Below, piece by piece: positions 50,238 through 59,484 of a stretch of 64,000 nucleotides of DNA; position 1 is the first letter of the stretch, and each line of letters begins with the position of its first letter. Below the pieces are notes generated by a model. It was not told where the DNA came from and did not search any database. It saw only the letters and a list, made by a program, of their open reading frames with translations. The translations under genes were made by a program, and so were the position numbers. Source of the DNA: an uncultured delta proteobacterium (GTDB lineage: Bacteria; Myxococcota_A; Polyangia; Polyangiales; Polyangiaceae); contig CAWFUX010000049.1 in the NCBI GenBank assembly GCA_963819085.1, positions 24,382-88,381 on the forward strand, read 5' to 3'.

Positions 50238-51489
50238 ATGGCAGATCCGACGCAAATTGTCTCCCCTGAGACGTCTTTCCCGAAAAGTCAAATAAAGACT
50301 TTGCTTCTAGAGAACATCCACCAGAGCGCCCACAGCCTCGTTAACAAAGAGGGCTTCAGCCTAGAGGGCTCGAAGTCAGCCCTTACCGAAGATGAGCTGG
50401 TGGCCCGCATTGGCGATGTCCATGTTCTAGGGATTCGCAGTAAGACTCGAATTACCGAGCGAGTTTTGGGTGATGCGAAGCGCTTGCTTGCCATTGGCTG
50501 CTACTGCATAGGGACCAATCAAGTCGATTTGGACGCGGCCAATCGCCACGGTGTACCCGTCTTCAACGCACCGTTTAGCAACACGCGGAGCGTAGCCGAG
50601 CTCGTAGTCGCCGAAATCGTAGCCTTGGCACGCCAACTCGTCGATCGGTCCCGGGAAATGCACGAAGGAAGGTGGCGCAAAATCGCCACCTCGTCGTATG
50701 AAATTCGAGGCAAGACCCTGGGCATTGTTGGATACGGACATATCGGGACCCAGGTAGGCATATTGGCCGAATCTCTCGGTATGCAGGTAATGTTCTACGA
50801 TATTTTGCCGCGACTTCCGATGGGCAACAACCGTCCCGTCGGCTCGCTGCGTGAGCTAATGCAAGCAGCGGACTTCGTAACATTACACGTTCCGGAAACA
50901 CCGCAAACGCGGGGTCTCATAAGTGAAGATGAGCTAAACGTGATGCGCAAGGGAGCCTATTTGCTCAATTTGAGTCGAGGTTCTGTCGTGGATACTTCCG
51001 CCTTGGCAAATGCGCTCGAGAAAAGACAACTTGCAGGGGCCGCCCTCGACGTCTTTCCTGAGGAGCCCGAATCGAACACGGATACATTTGTATCGGCACT
51101 TCAAAATAAGGCCAATGTGATCTTGTCCCCCCACGTCGGGGGCTCCACTGAGGAAGCGCAAGATTCGATTGGCCGAGAAGTGACGAGTTCTCTGGTGAAA
51201 TTCGTAAATTCCGGCGCCACGACTGGGAGCGTAAATTTCCCTCGAAATTGACCCACCTCAGCTGAAGGATAGACATCGAATTCTCAACGTCCACAGAAAT
51301 GTGCCCGGGGTGTTGAGCAACATCAACCGAATCGTATCAAAGGTCCAGGCAAACATCGAGAGTCAAATTCTATCAACTGACTCGAATATTGGATACCTCG
51401 TCATGGACCTCAATCGTGATGTTTCGGACGAAGTGCGAACGAAAGTCGCAAAATTACCTACGAGCATTCGCACTCGCGTTCTTTACTGA
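50238..51489 (+). pseudogene. serA: D-3-phosphoglycerate dehydrogenase SerA (with ACT domain), one frame disruption
   Basis: The pieces are 50238-51251 and 51301-51489. The Rossmann motif is GIVGYGHIGTQVG and the catalytic region is LSRGSVVD...SPHVGGST. Frame 3 ..GSVNFP joins frame 1 EIDPPQLKDRHRILNVHRNVPGVLSNINRIV (ACT domain) if the C at 51243 is removed. Confidence 0.88.
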
Positions 51490-51518
51490 TAACCGCATAA
51501 GCAATTGGTGAGTCTACA

Positions 51519-54500
51519 ATGATTCCTCGGCTTTCTCAGGCTCCTGGGCTCGACCACCAGGTTTTGAATTGGTTGACCCAACTACGCAGCACTCAGTTCA
51601 GTGGCGAAATCGACACGAGTCTTGCCGCTCGCTTAGCAGTCGCGACCGACAACAGCGTCTACGAGATATTGCCGCAGGTGGTTATTTTTCCAAAGACGGC
51701 CGCAGACGTTGCAGCAGTTATGCGGACTTTAGACACGGCAGAGGCGCGCGAGATCCAGATTGTGCCAAGGGGTGGTGGGACCGGCACCAACGGCCAGTCA
51801 TTAGCCCCGGGCGTCGTGGTGGATCTATCACGGCACATGCGAAAAATTAGCCAGCTCGACGTCGAGGCTGGCACCATTTACGTAGAGCCTGGCGTTGTGT
51901 TGGATGAGCTCAATTGCGCGGTCGAGTCACATGGGTATTTCTTTGGACCAACGCTCTCCCCAAGTGATCGCGCATCGCTGGGTGGCATGATCGGAACCAA
52001 CGCCTGTGGCAAGGGTTCGCGAATATACGGAAGAACTGTCGATCACATCGAGGAGTTAGACATCGTACTCACCGACGGCACGCTCGTGTCGCTCTCGGAG
52101 GAAGATGCCACTGAGGCGCATCGAACGGCAAATCGGCCCGATCTGCTGGGCAGCATTTACCGCGATGTGCTCGACACCATCGCATCTGAGTCCGAATTGA
52201 TCGAGGAGTTTTGGCCCCGAATGCCGCGAACGCCGGGTGGGTACAATATGCGCCAAGTCCTCTCGAGGGGGAGATCCCGTTTTAGTCTTGTCCCCATAAT
52301 TTGTGGCTCGGAAGGCACCTTAGGTATCGTAGTTGGGGCAAAGCTGCGGCTCACGCCCATTCCCAAGTGCAAGCGACTGCTCGTGCTTCGCTACGCTCAG
52401 TTCAATGACGCTCTCGCATCGGCTGAGGATTTGGTCAGCGCAAACCCCTCCGCAATTGAAACGATTGATGAACATATTCTTCAACTTGTGCGTACCGACC
52501 CGTTGTGGCATCGGCTCAGTCACTTATTTGCCGATAACGATAAAACGCGAGCGGTCAATCTCGTCGAATTTGCTGGGAGCAACGCCAGCGAATTGAACGC
52601 CAAGCTTCAGGAGCTCATCGAACAATTGCCAGTGTCAGGGTCATGCCCCTCCGCACCGATCGGCTACCTGGTGCCCAGTTCAACGGCGGACGTTGCCGCA
52701 CTCTGGGAATTGAGGAAAAAAGGTGTTGGATTACTAGGAAAGATGAAGGGTAACCGGCGGCCAATCCCGTTCGTGGAGGATACGGCAGTCCCACCGGCGA
52801 GACTCGCGGCGTATGTCAAAGAGTTCCGAGCGATTCTTGACGCTGAAGGGCTGCAATATGGAATGTTCGGCCACGTCGATGTGGGATGTCTACACGTTAG
52901 ACCAGCCCTTGATTTGCGGGATCCAGAGGACGCTCTTCGCCTGCGTCGCATCAGCGACAAAGTTGCGATCCTGGCCAAGAGTTATGGTGGAGTGCTATGG
53001 GGCGAGCACGGCACCGGGTTTCGAAGCGAATACTCGCCGGACTATTTTGGCCCCCGTTTGTTTGCCGCGCTGTGTCGGATCAAGAACGCATTTGATCCGC
53101 AAGGAAAGCTCAACCGCGGCAAGCTCGCGCTCGCTACCAGCCATGGGCACAAACTCGTTTCAATCGACGACAACCAACGAGCCGTGTTGGACCGCGCCAT
53201 ATCACCAGTCGCACAGACCCACTTTTCGGAAGCAATCTTCTGCAACGGAAATGGGCAGTGTTTTAGCTCCAATTCAAATGTCGTCATGTGCCCTTCCTCG
53301 AAAGTCACACGCAACCGAATTCACTCACCCAAGGGCAGGGCCACATTGATTCGTCACTGGTTGCGACAATTGGGCAACCACGGCGATACGCTGGCGAGCG
53401 GTCTGGTAGCACGGCAATACCCCGCTGATTTTTCTCCTCTCCAAATGCTGGAGCGCTGGGATAGAAGCCGCGAACGGGATCCCGGCTATGACTACTCGCA
53501 TGAAGTCTTCGATGGCCTAAACGGGTGCTTGAGTTGCAAAGCATGCACCACGCAATGCCCCATCGAAGTCGACATACCGCGCATGAAGTCCGAATTCTTA
53601 TCGGTATATCACGAACGCTATCCGAGGCCGCTAGCCGACTATTTGCTTGCCTCTCTGGAGTGGGTGATTCAGGTAGCGGTGTGGCTACCTCGCCTGTTCA
53701 ACACGGTTATGCGCGGACGTGTTTCGCGTTGGCTATTGAAACATTTGGCGGGCCTAGTTGACATCCCAGAACTTGGGTTTGGCACCGTGAAAGCCGGTTA
53801 CAAGGAACGCCATCTGGGTGGATTTGACTATGAAACTTTGAGCCAGCTGTCTGACGAAGAAAAGGCAAAAACGGTGCTCATTGTGCAGGATTCCTTTACG
53901 ACTTTCTTTGAGCCGGAAGTCGTATTGGGCGCTACGGATTTGCTGTTGCTGCTGGGGTACACGCCGGTACTTCTGCCATTTTTCCCCAATGGCAAGGCGC
54001 TCCATGTCAAGGGATTTTTGCGGACATTTACCAGGCTGGTCAATAGAAACGTAGCAAGGCTGAAGGAAGTCGCTGCCCTCGGTATCAGCATGATTGGTCT
54101 AGAACCGGCCATCACGCTCACGTACCGAGACGAATATCCGCACGCGCTCGGAGTTGCTCAATTGCCGTTCGAGGTCAAACCGCTTCAGACATGGCTAGCT
54201 GAAAGATTCGATGACGTTAAAGCCAAGATCTCTGCAAATCGCCTGCACTCCTCGCTGAGCAGGACCTACACATTGTTTGGTCACTGCACGGAAAAGACAG
54301 CCGAGCCGTTGTCGCACAAGGTTTGGCAAGAGGTATTTGCGGCTTTCGGACTATCACTCGAAGTCGCGGAGCTCGGGTGTTGCGGAATGTGCGGAGTCTA
54401 TGGGCACGAGCAAGCACATGTCGGGGAATCTAGAGGGATCTATGAATTGAGCTGGAAGCCGAGGCTCGAACTGGCGGAGGCTCAAGACGAACATGTCGTG

Positions 54501-54626
54501 GTGGCCGGATTCTCTTGCCGGCATCAGGTCAAGCGCTTTGGAAACAGCAAGGCGCAACACCCCGTTTTCCCACTGCTTGAAATGTGCCAACAATTGACTC
54601 AAGGCCACAACGCGCGGCAGCCTTGA
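51519..54626 (+). CDS. FAD-binding (GlcD/PCMH-type) oxidoreductase fused to 4Fe-4S and CCG-type Fe-S domains (E. coli YdiJ-like, about 1035 aa)
   Basis: The N-terminal FAD-binding region is VIFPKTAADVAAVMR...IVPRGGGTGTNGQS. The ferredoxin-type motif is LNGCLSCKACTTQCPIEVDIP. C-terminal Cys clusters include GCCGMCGVYGHE. Length and architecture match YdiJ-type proteins. Confidence 0.85.
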   Translation: MIPRLSQAPGLDHQVLNWLTQLRSTQFSGEIDTSLAARLAVATDNSVYEILPQVVIFPKTAADVAAVMRTLDTAEAREIQIVPRGGGTGTNGQSLAPGVVVDLSRHMRKISQLDVEAGTIYVEPGVVLDELNCAVESHGYFFGPTLSPSDRASLGGMIGTNACGKGSRIYGRTVDHIEELDIVLTDGTLVSLSEEDATEAHRTANRPDLLGSIYRDVLDTIASESELIEEFWPRMPRTPGGYNMRQVLSRGRSRFSLVPIICGSEGTLGIVVGAKLRLTPIPKCKRLLVLRYAQFNDALASAEDLVSANPSAIETIDEHILQLVRTDPLWHRLSHLFADNDKTRAVNLVEFAGSNASELNAKLQELIEQLPVSGSCPSAPIGYLVPSSTADVAALWELRKKGVGLLGKMKGNRRPIPFVEDTAVPPARLAAYVKEFRAILDAEGLQYGMFGHVDVGCLHVRPALDLRDPEDALRLRRISDKVAILAKSYGGVLWGEHGTGFRSEYSPDYFGPRLFAALCRIKNAFDPQGKLNRGKLALATSHGHKLVSIDDNQRAVLDRAISPVAQTHFSEAIFCNGNGQCFSSNSNVVMCPSSKVTRNRIHSPKGRATLIRHWLRQLGNHGDTLASGLVARQYPADFSPLQMLERWDRSRERDPGYDYSHEVFDGLNGCLSCKACTTQCPIEVDIPRMKSEFLSVYHERYPRPLADYLLASLEWVIQVAVWLPRLFNTVMRGRVSRWLLKHLAGLVDIPELGFGTVKAGYKERHLGGFDYETLSQLSDEEKAKTVLIVQDSFTTFFEPEVVLGATDLLLLLGYTPVLLPFFPNGKALHVKGFLRTFTRLVNRNVARLKEVAALGISMIGLEPAITLTYRDEYPHALGVAQLPFEVKPLQTWLAERFDDVKAKISANRLHSSLSRTYTLFGHCTEKTAEPLSHKVWQEVFAAFGLSLEVAELGCCGMCGVYGHEQAHVGESRGIYELSWKPRLELAEAQDEHVVVAGFSCRHQVKRFGNSKAQHPVFPLLEMCQQLTQGHNARQP

Positions 54627-54628
54627 AG

Positions 54629-54656
54629 CCACAATCTTGTCAATCCACAATCTTGT
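54629..54656. repeat. Tandem direct repeat CCACAATCTTGT x2 (16-nt period)
   Basis: The copies lie at 54629-54640 and 54645-54656. They sit 3 nt after the stop of the YdiJ-like gene and about 230 nt upstream of the next ORF. Function is unknown. Confidence 0.4.
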
Positions 54657-54882
54657 TACAATGCGGCAAGGAGTCCGTGTCTCTTCCTTATTAGCCGGGA
54701 TCATAACCGGCCGCCTATTGTATGTATAGCGCTGACGCCTAGGCCGCGTTCACCGAGTTTGCTTGATTTGCAACGGTTTGTGGATGTTCCGTAGTTCCGA
54801 AGCCGGGCACGCGCTGACTTTGAGCGTCGGTTTGAGATTGACGCTTGGCAGCAACTAGAATCGTCGTAAAATGCCATAATCC

Positions 54883-55986
54883 ATGAGCCTTCCCCCGGAC
54901 ACTACAACCAGTCTGCTAATTCGGAAAATGGGCGCCTTATACCACAGACTCGATCGGGAAATTGGTACGCGACCGTTGGTGTTACCGGACAGCAAATACT
55001 TTCCTGATGCTTTTTCAGCCGATGAAAAGTCTGTGGCAAAGCTCGTTCGTCGCATGGCATCGCACGCAGGAATGCCTGATGTTCCGATTAGGGTAAAAGG
55101 CATAGGTAACGAACATCCAGACGCCAGTGAAAAGAGTTGTTGCGGCGGCGGCTGCCATTCCGAACCGACCACGAGTTCCGAAGCCACATCCGACACGGCT
55201 AGCGCGTCCAAGAAAGCCCATTCTAGTGCAAGCAGTTGTGGCTCGGGTGCCTGTGGAAGTTGTGACCCAACCCCCGATTCGGAAATGGCAGAACCTCGAT
55301 TAGTCGACCTTGGCGACTGTTGGCTAATGCAAATTCCTGTCCGTGAGTTTGGCCATGACATAGTCCTTACGACGAATGTCGCAAAAACACTGGGTCTAAT
55401 ATTTCTACTCGATACTCTCCCGAGTGGCGCCGTGCTCGAGGAGCCCGTCAACCTATCCGCGGAAATTGCGGCCACGGCTCTCGGATTTGGTGCTCTCTTA
55501 CTGGAGGGTTCGTATCTCTATTCGAAAAGCTGCGGCGGCCCCAAAATTGGGCGGATTACTCGATTGAGCTGCAGTGAACTTGCAATTCTAACTGCCCTAT
55601 TCGTGGCGCGTGGCAAGCACAAGCCCGGTGCATTAAAGCGACACCTAGGGACGACTCAAGCGGCGGCGTTTCGTGAGGCCGAAGCGCTGGTACATAGCAA
55701 TCGGAATATCGTGGATATGCTGGCGTCAGATGCGGGGAAACTGGCCTGCGGCAATTTCTCACTACGAACGTCAACAACTCTATGGGATCGCTTGTTTGGC
55801 GAGAAAAGTTCGAAGTCGAACACCGCCCTCTCGAGCGGTGACGTTGACATTCATGAACTCGAGGCGATGCTCGAGATTGAGCCACCGCCGGTCAAGCGAC
55901 ACAAACCGCGGTCCCCGGACAGGGTTCACGAGGAACTCAGGGCTCTGGTGGATGATGCGTTCGCCGAAAGCGCAGAAGACGCGTAG
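54883..55986 (+). CDS. Hypothetical protein with Ser/Cys-rich insert
   Basis: The 367-aa ORF is clean and has no competing frame. It contains CCGGGCH...SSCGSGACGSC. No family is recognised. Confidence 0.5.
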   Translation: MSLPPDTTTSLLIRKMGALYHRLDREIGTRPLVLPDSKYFPDAFSADEKSVAKLVRRMASHAGMPDVPIRVKGIGNEHPDASEKSCCGGGCHSEPTTSSEATSDTASASKKAHSSASSCGSGACGSCDPTPDSEMAEPRLVDLGDCWLMQIPVREFGHDIVLTTNVAKTLGLIFLLDTLPSGAVLEEPVNLSAEIAATALGFGALLLEGSYLYSKSCGGPKIGRITRLSCSELAILTALFVARGKHKPGALKRHLGTTQAAAFREAEALVHSNRNIVDMLASDAGKLACGNFSLRTSTTLWDRLFGEKSSKSNTALSSGDVDIHELEAMLEIEPPPVKRHKPRSPDRVHEELRALVDDAFAESAEDA

Positions 55987-56134
55987 GTAGCTGTCGGTAG
56001 AAACGCCGCCTGATGCCCTGTATGTGCGTGCGAACGTCTACTTTCGGCCGACCTTCTAAATTTTGGCATCGTGAGCGGCATTATACCCATGTAAGCAGTT
56101 TGAAAATTGTGCCAAATCGCTATGATGGTGCGGC

Positions 56135-56886
56135 ATGACCATAGCTCAAGGCAGCTGTCCGGGGTGCGGTGCACCGATCGAATTTGGCTTAGGCACATCG
56201 ATGGCGAGGGTCTGCGACACCTGCCACGACGACGGTCGTACGCTCCGATCGAGGGTTGGAGGGCCTGGGTAAAGCCGCTGCGTTGGCCGACACCCCGTCC
56301 CTGATTGCGGTCGGCGACCACGGCACGCTTGCCGGACGTCCACTGGAAGTACTCGGCCGCGTGCAGCTCGACTATGGGCTTGGGCCTTGGGACGAGTATT
56401 ATGTGTCATTCGACTACGGTAAAGATTGGGGTTGGCTGGCGTACGCGCAGGGGCTTGGTACGCGACATCGCTCGTCCCCAATTTGCTTGCGCCCCCGCGT
56501 GGCTCGTGAAGGACCCGGAAACCGGCTGGTCATGGGCGGCGTTCGTGAATCCGGCAGATATCGATCTGTTCCACCCTGCCCAGCAGATTCAACTTGCGAA
56601 TCAAACTTACTCACTAAAAAACAGCGGCATAGCCCGCGTAGACTACATACTCGGTGAAGTGTACTGGAAGTGCGCAATCGGCGAGACAGTTTCTGTGATG
56701 GATTTCGCACACGGAAATGAAGTAATTTCGCGAGAGCACGACAACGAGGAGGTAAATTATAGCCATTCACGCTTGGTGAGTTGGCAAAAGATTGCTGCGG
56801 CATTCGACCTACCCGTTTCGGGACCCGGAGTAAGACTCGGGCTATTTTACCCTGCCTTACCGGGCAGCGATGACCACTCTGGGTGA
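56135..56886 (+). pseudogene. Zinc-ribbon / DUF4178-like protein, 2-3 frame disruptions
   Basis: The ATG at 56135 opens MTIAQGSCPGCGAPIEF..ARVCDTCH in frame 2. Frame 3 continues with TTVVRSDRGLEGLGKAAALADTPSLIAVGDHGTLAGRPLEVLGRVQLDYGLGPWDEYYVSFDYGKDWGWLAYAQG. AWYATSLVPNLLAPP may follow in frame 2, between the G-run at 56451-53 and the C5 run at 56492-96. Frame 1 finishes with AWLVKDPETGWSWAAF...YILGEVYWKCAIGETVSVMDF... The W/G pattern resembles DUF4178. Confidence 0.6.
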
Positions 56887-57088
56887 GTGGTCATTCATCC
56901 TTGCAAGCCCCGCGACTATATCCAATGTGCCGCGGTCGAAGACGGTAAAGCCTGTCGATGAGGCAACCGCTGTATCCTTTAGTTTTCCGCCTGATGCCGT
57001 ATCCGAACAAGCCGGTCAGGTGAGTAGTTTGGACGATCCGGTTGCACTAGAGGCATTTCTCGAAGAAAATGGGGGCAATGCGCCTTAG
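56870..57088 (+). CDS. Hypothetical small protein
   Basis: There is only an ORF. It overlaps both neighbours by a few codons. Confidence 0.2.
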   Translation: MTTLGEWSFILASPATISNVPRSKTVKPVDEATAVSFSFPPDAVSEQAGQVSSLDDPVALEAFLEENGGNAP

Positions 57089-57989
57089 AAACCTTGCACC
57101 GCTGCTTGCAATTGTGGTCTCGGGGCAAGCCCTGAGCTGTGCCCATCGCGATGCGCAGACATCGGAGCGGCACCAACCGCTGCCCTCTTCCCGAGGGGCT
57201 CAGCCGGTACCGCCCTCGCCAACGGCATCACCGGTATCGCACGGGTTACCTGTGTTGGCGTCAGCCGCCGCATCGACCAATTTGCGCGAGGCGGCGGCGC
57301 CGGTCAGTGAGCAAGCTCACGCTGGCGCAGAGTTCGATGGGGGCTCCATTAGCTCTCGCATTGTTATCCGCCCAGGCGCTTGTCACGTATTGGCGATCGG
57401 GGATTCATTGACCGACCCGCGATCAAACGGGGGCGGATATCTGAAGGCCTGGCAATCACGATGTCCAGAATGTCGCTTCACCAACGTTGGGCGAGGGGGA
57501 GCGATGGTAAATCAGATGCTCACTCAGTTGCGGCGGCACCTACTCGAATCCGATGAACAGTATAGCCACTGGGTCGTGTTTGGCGGGGTAAACGACCTTT
57601 ACAGTGATTTGACGGCCAAAAGAACTACCAGCAAGATTGAGCGGGATCTCGAGACCATCTATACTCTGGGGCACCAGCACGGAAGTCTCGTAGTATCGAT
57701 CACCGTTTCACCCTGGGGTGGCTTTCACCGTTGGTACACGGACGAGCGAGGCTCGAACACGATAAAACTCAACAATTGGATCGCTCAGGAACAGAAGGTC
57801 GGTAAAGTCGATTTTATCGTAGATTCGGGAGCCGTATTGTCTTGTGGAGACCCGACGTTGCTGTGTCCCGATGTGATGACACCGTTTCGCGACGGGTTGC
57901 ATTTTGGTTCGGAAGGACATCGTCGATTGGGAGCAGCGATATTGTCTGCCATGGGTGTCGCGGCCTGCGGCGCTGGAGCAACTCGATAG
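57069..57989 (+). CDS. SGNH/GDSL-family hydrolase lipoprotein
   Basis: It has a signal peptide with the lipobox ALSC. Block I is VLAIGDSLTD, block III is FGGVNDL and block V is DGLHFGSEGH. Confidence 0.75.
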   Translation: MGAMRLRNLAPLLAIVVSGQALSCAHRDAQTSERHQPLPSSRGAQPVPPSPTASPVSHGLPVLASAAASTNLREAAAPVSEQAHAGAEFDGGSISSRIVIRPGACHVLAIGDSLTDPRSNGGGYLKAWQSRCPECRFTNVGRGGAMVNQMLTQLRRHLLESDEQYSHWVVFGGVNDLYSDLTAKRTTSKIERDLETIYTLGHQHGSLVVSITVSPWGGFHRWYTDERGSNTIKLNNWIAQEQKVGKVDFIVDSGAVLSCGDPTLLCPDVMTPFRDGLHFGSEGHRRLGAAILSAMGVAACGAGATR

Positions 57990-57999
57990 GCTTGAATAT

Positions 58000-58560
58000 A
58001 ATTGGCGACGGACTACTCGGTTCGCCTGCGGCGGGACATGAACCACAATATTGCCACGCCCGACCAACGCATTGCATGCGACCCAGGTGGCAACCGAATC
58101 TGCGGGTTTTTGCCAGTTTGTGGCCGTCAAGACTAAATTCCCATCTGGCCCTAACTGACGAGGGGCAGTGCCGCATAAGGTCTTAAAATTGAATATTCGG
58201 TCGACAGTGCCCGGGTTGGATTCACTGTCTCCTTCGATCGAGACTAAGTGTGGGCCGCCAAATTGGTGCAGGGCTGCCCGGAGATTTCAACAAATTCATT
58301 GTTGCCATCAGCGCCTGGCGGATCGATTACCAGCTCGCTCAGCCAGACTCTGGCTGGCACATGGGGACCATCGGCATTTTCACTCGATCCATCAAGTGCA
58401 TTTGACGGCGAGTCTGGTGTGCAAATTTCCGTGCGCGGATCGCCTGAATCCGGACTTTGAGCGAGGTACTGAGCACCCCTGTTCAACGTGGGTTCCCACT
58501 TCGCCGAACAACTAAGTGTGACTAAGGAAATCGCGCAGGTGATGCAGCCTCGAGATTGAT
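58000..58560 (-). pseudogene. Lipoprotein with lamin-tail-domain (LTD)-like fold, frame-disrupted; ends uncertain
   Basis: Within track ORF 58244-58792, ..CAISLVTLSCS is lipobox-like. VWLSELVIDPPGADGNNEFVEISGQPCTNL looks like the start of an LTD. After the stop at 58244 the +2 frame continues LVSIEGDSESNPGTVDRIFNFKTL...GNLVLTATNW... Neither the start codon nor the real stop could be fixed. Confidence 0.3.
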
Positions 58561-58830
58561 AACGGTCAAATTGGGCATGAATGTGCCTCGGAAGTTGGAG
58601 GGGGTGCGGCGCAGACTGCGGGGTTTCCGCTGGGGAGAGTGCGCCGCACATATAGAATCTCGGCCAGCCACGCTTGCCGGTTGCGCAGTAAATGTGGCTG
58701 AACCGAAAAAGCCGCGATCGAGCGCTTTTCCCTACTTCAACTAGGTCGCGCCGGAGTCTCCCTAACCGGGTCGGAACTGCGCCGCCCGTCACTTCGTCGA
58801 ATTTACGGTGACGACACTATGGTGCCGCGA

Positions 58831-59367
58831 CTATTCGACGACGCCCGAGCGGCCGTGAACGGGCGGTAGCATGGTGGGTCGCAAGCGCTCCGTCGGTAAC
58901 CTCTCTCCTAATTGAGGTACGATCAAACGCTCGATAGCTAACTGCACGGCTGTGGGCTCGGCGGGAACCACGTATACCAACGTAGAATGGCATACGGCCG
59001 CCATGGCGCGGGTCTCGAGCGCGGAAACTCCAAATTCTTGAAAAGCAAGCATCCGAAAAATTTCGCCGAATCCGGGCATGTGTTTGGTTATTAAAGGCGA
59101 GATTGCCTCGGGCGTGATATCCGTCGAATCGAGGCCAGTGCCACCGATGGCAATTACTACGTGGATTCGCGAATCATCTGTCCATTCCCGCAGCAAATGG
59201 CGCAGCATGCTCAAGTCTTCCGTAATGATTCGCTGCAGGAGTACATCATGCCCTGCCTGGCGCATTAGTCCGGCTGCAAGAATGCCACTTTTGTCAGTCT
59301 CCGCAGTCCGTGTGTCACTGATGGTGGCGATTGCACACCCTCGGGCAATATCCGTGTCGCGGTTCAT
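58831..59367 (-). CDS. moaB: Molybdenum cofactor biosynthesis protein B (MoaB/MogA family)
   Basis: ATISDTRTAETDKSG..., VVIAIGGTGLDSTDITPEA and MPGFGEIFR are typical of the MoaB/Mog domain. Confidence 0.8.
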   Translation of the reverse strand: MNRDTDIARGCAIATISDTRTAETDKSGILAAGLMRQAGHDVLLQRIITEDLSMLRHLLREWTDDSRIHVVIAIGGTGLDSTDITPEAISPLITKHMPGFGEIFRMLAFQEFGVSALETRAMAAVCHSTLVYVVPAEPTAVQLAIERLIVPQLGERLPTERLRPTMLPPVHGRSGVVE

Positions 59368-59484
59368 GGCGCGATGGTACTCTCAAGCCGGGCAAAAGTG
59401 GGCTCCAAATGGCTGTTGGCGGCATCAGTCGGGTGCGGCGCGCCGGGTTCAGTTTTTTCGCACTTGCTGGCAATTGGGTGAGCG

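Noticed and set aside
56107-56304. Track ORF at the start of the DUF4178 locus
   Set aside because: It is in the wrong frame. The zinc-ribbon N-terminus (MTIAQGSCPGCGAPIEF) starts at 56135 in frame 2, and this ORF translates to Arg/Trp-rich nonsense.
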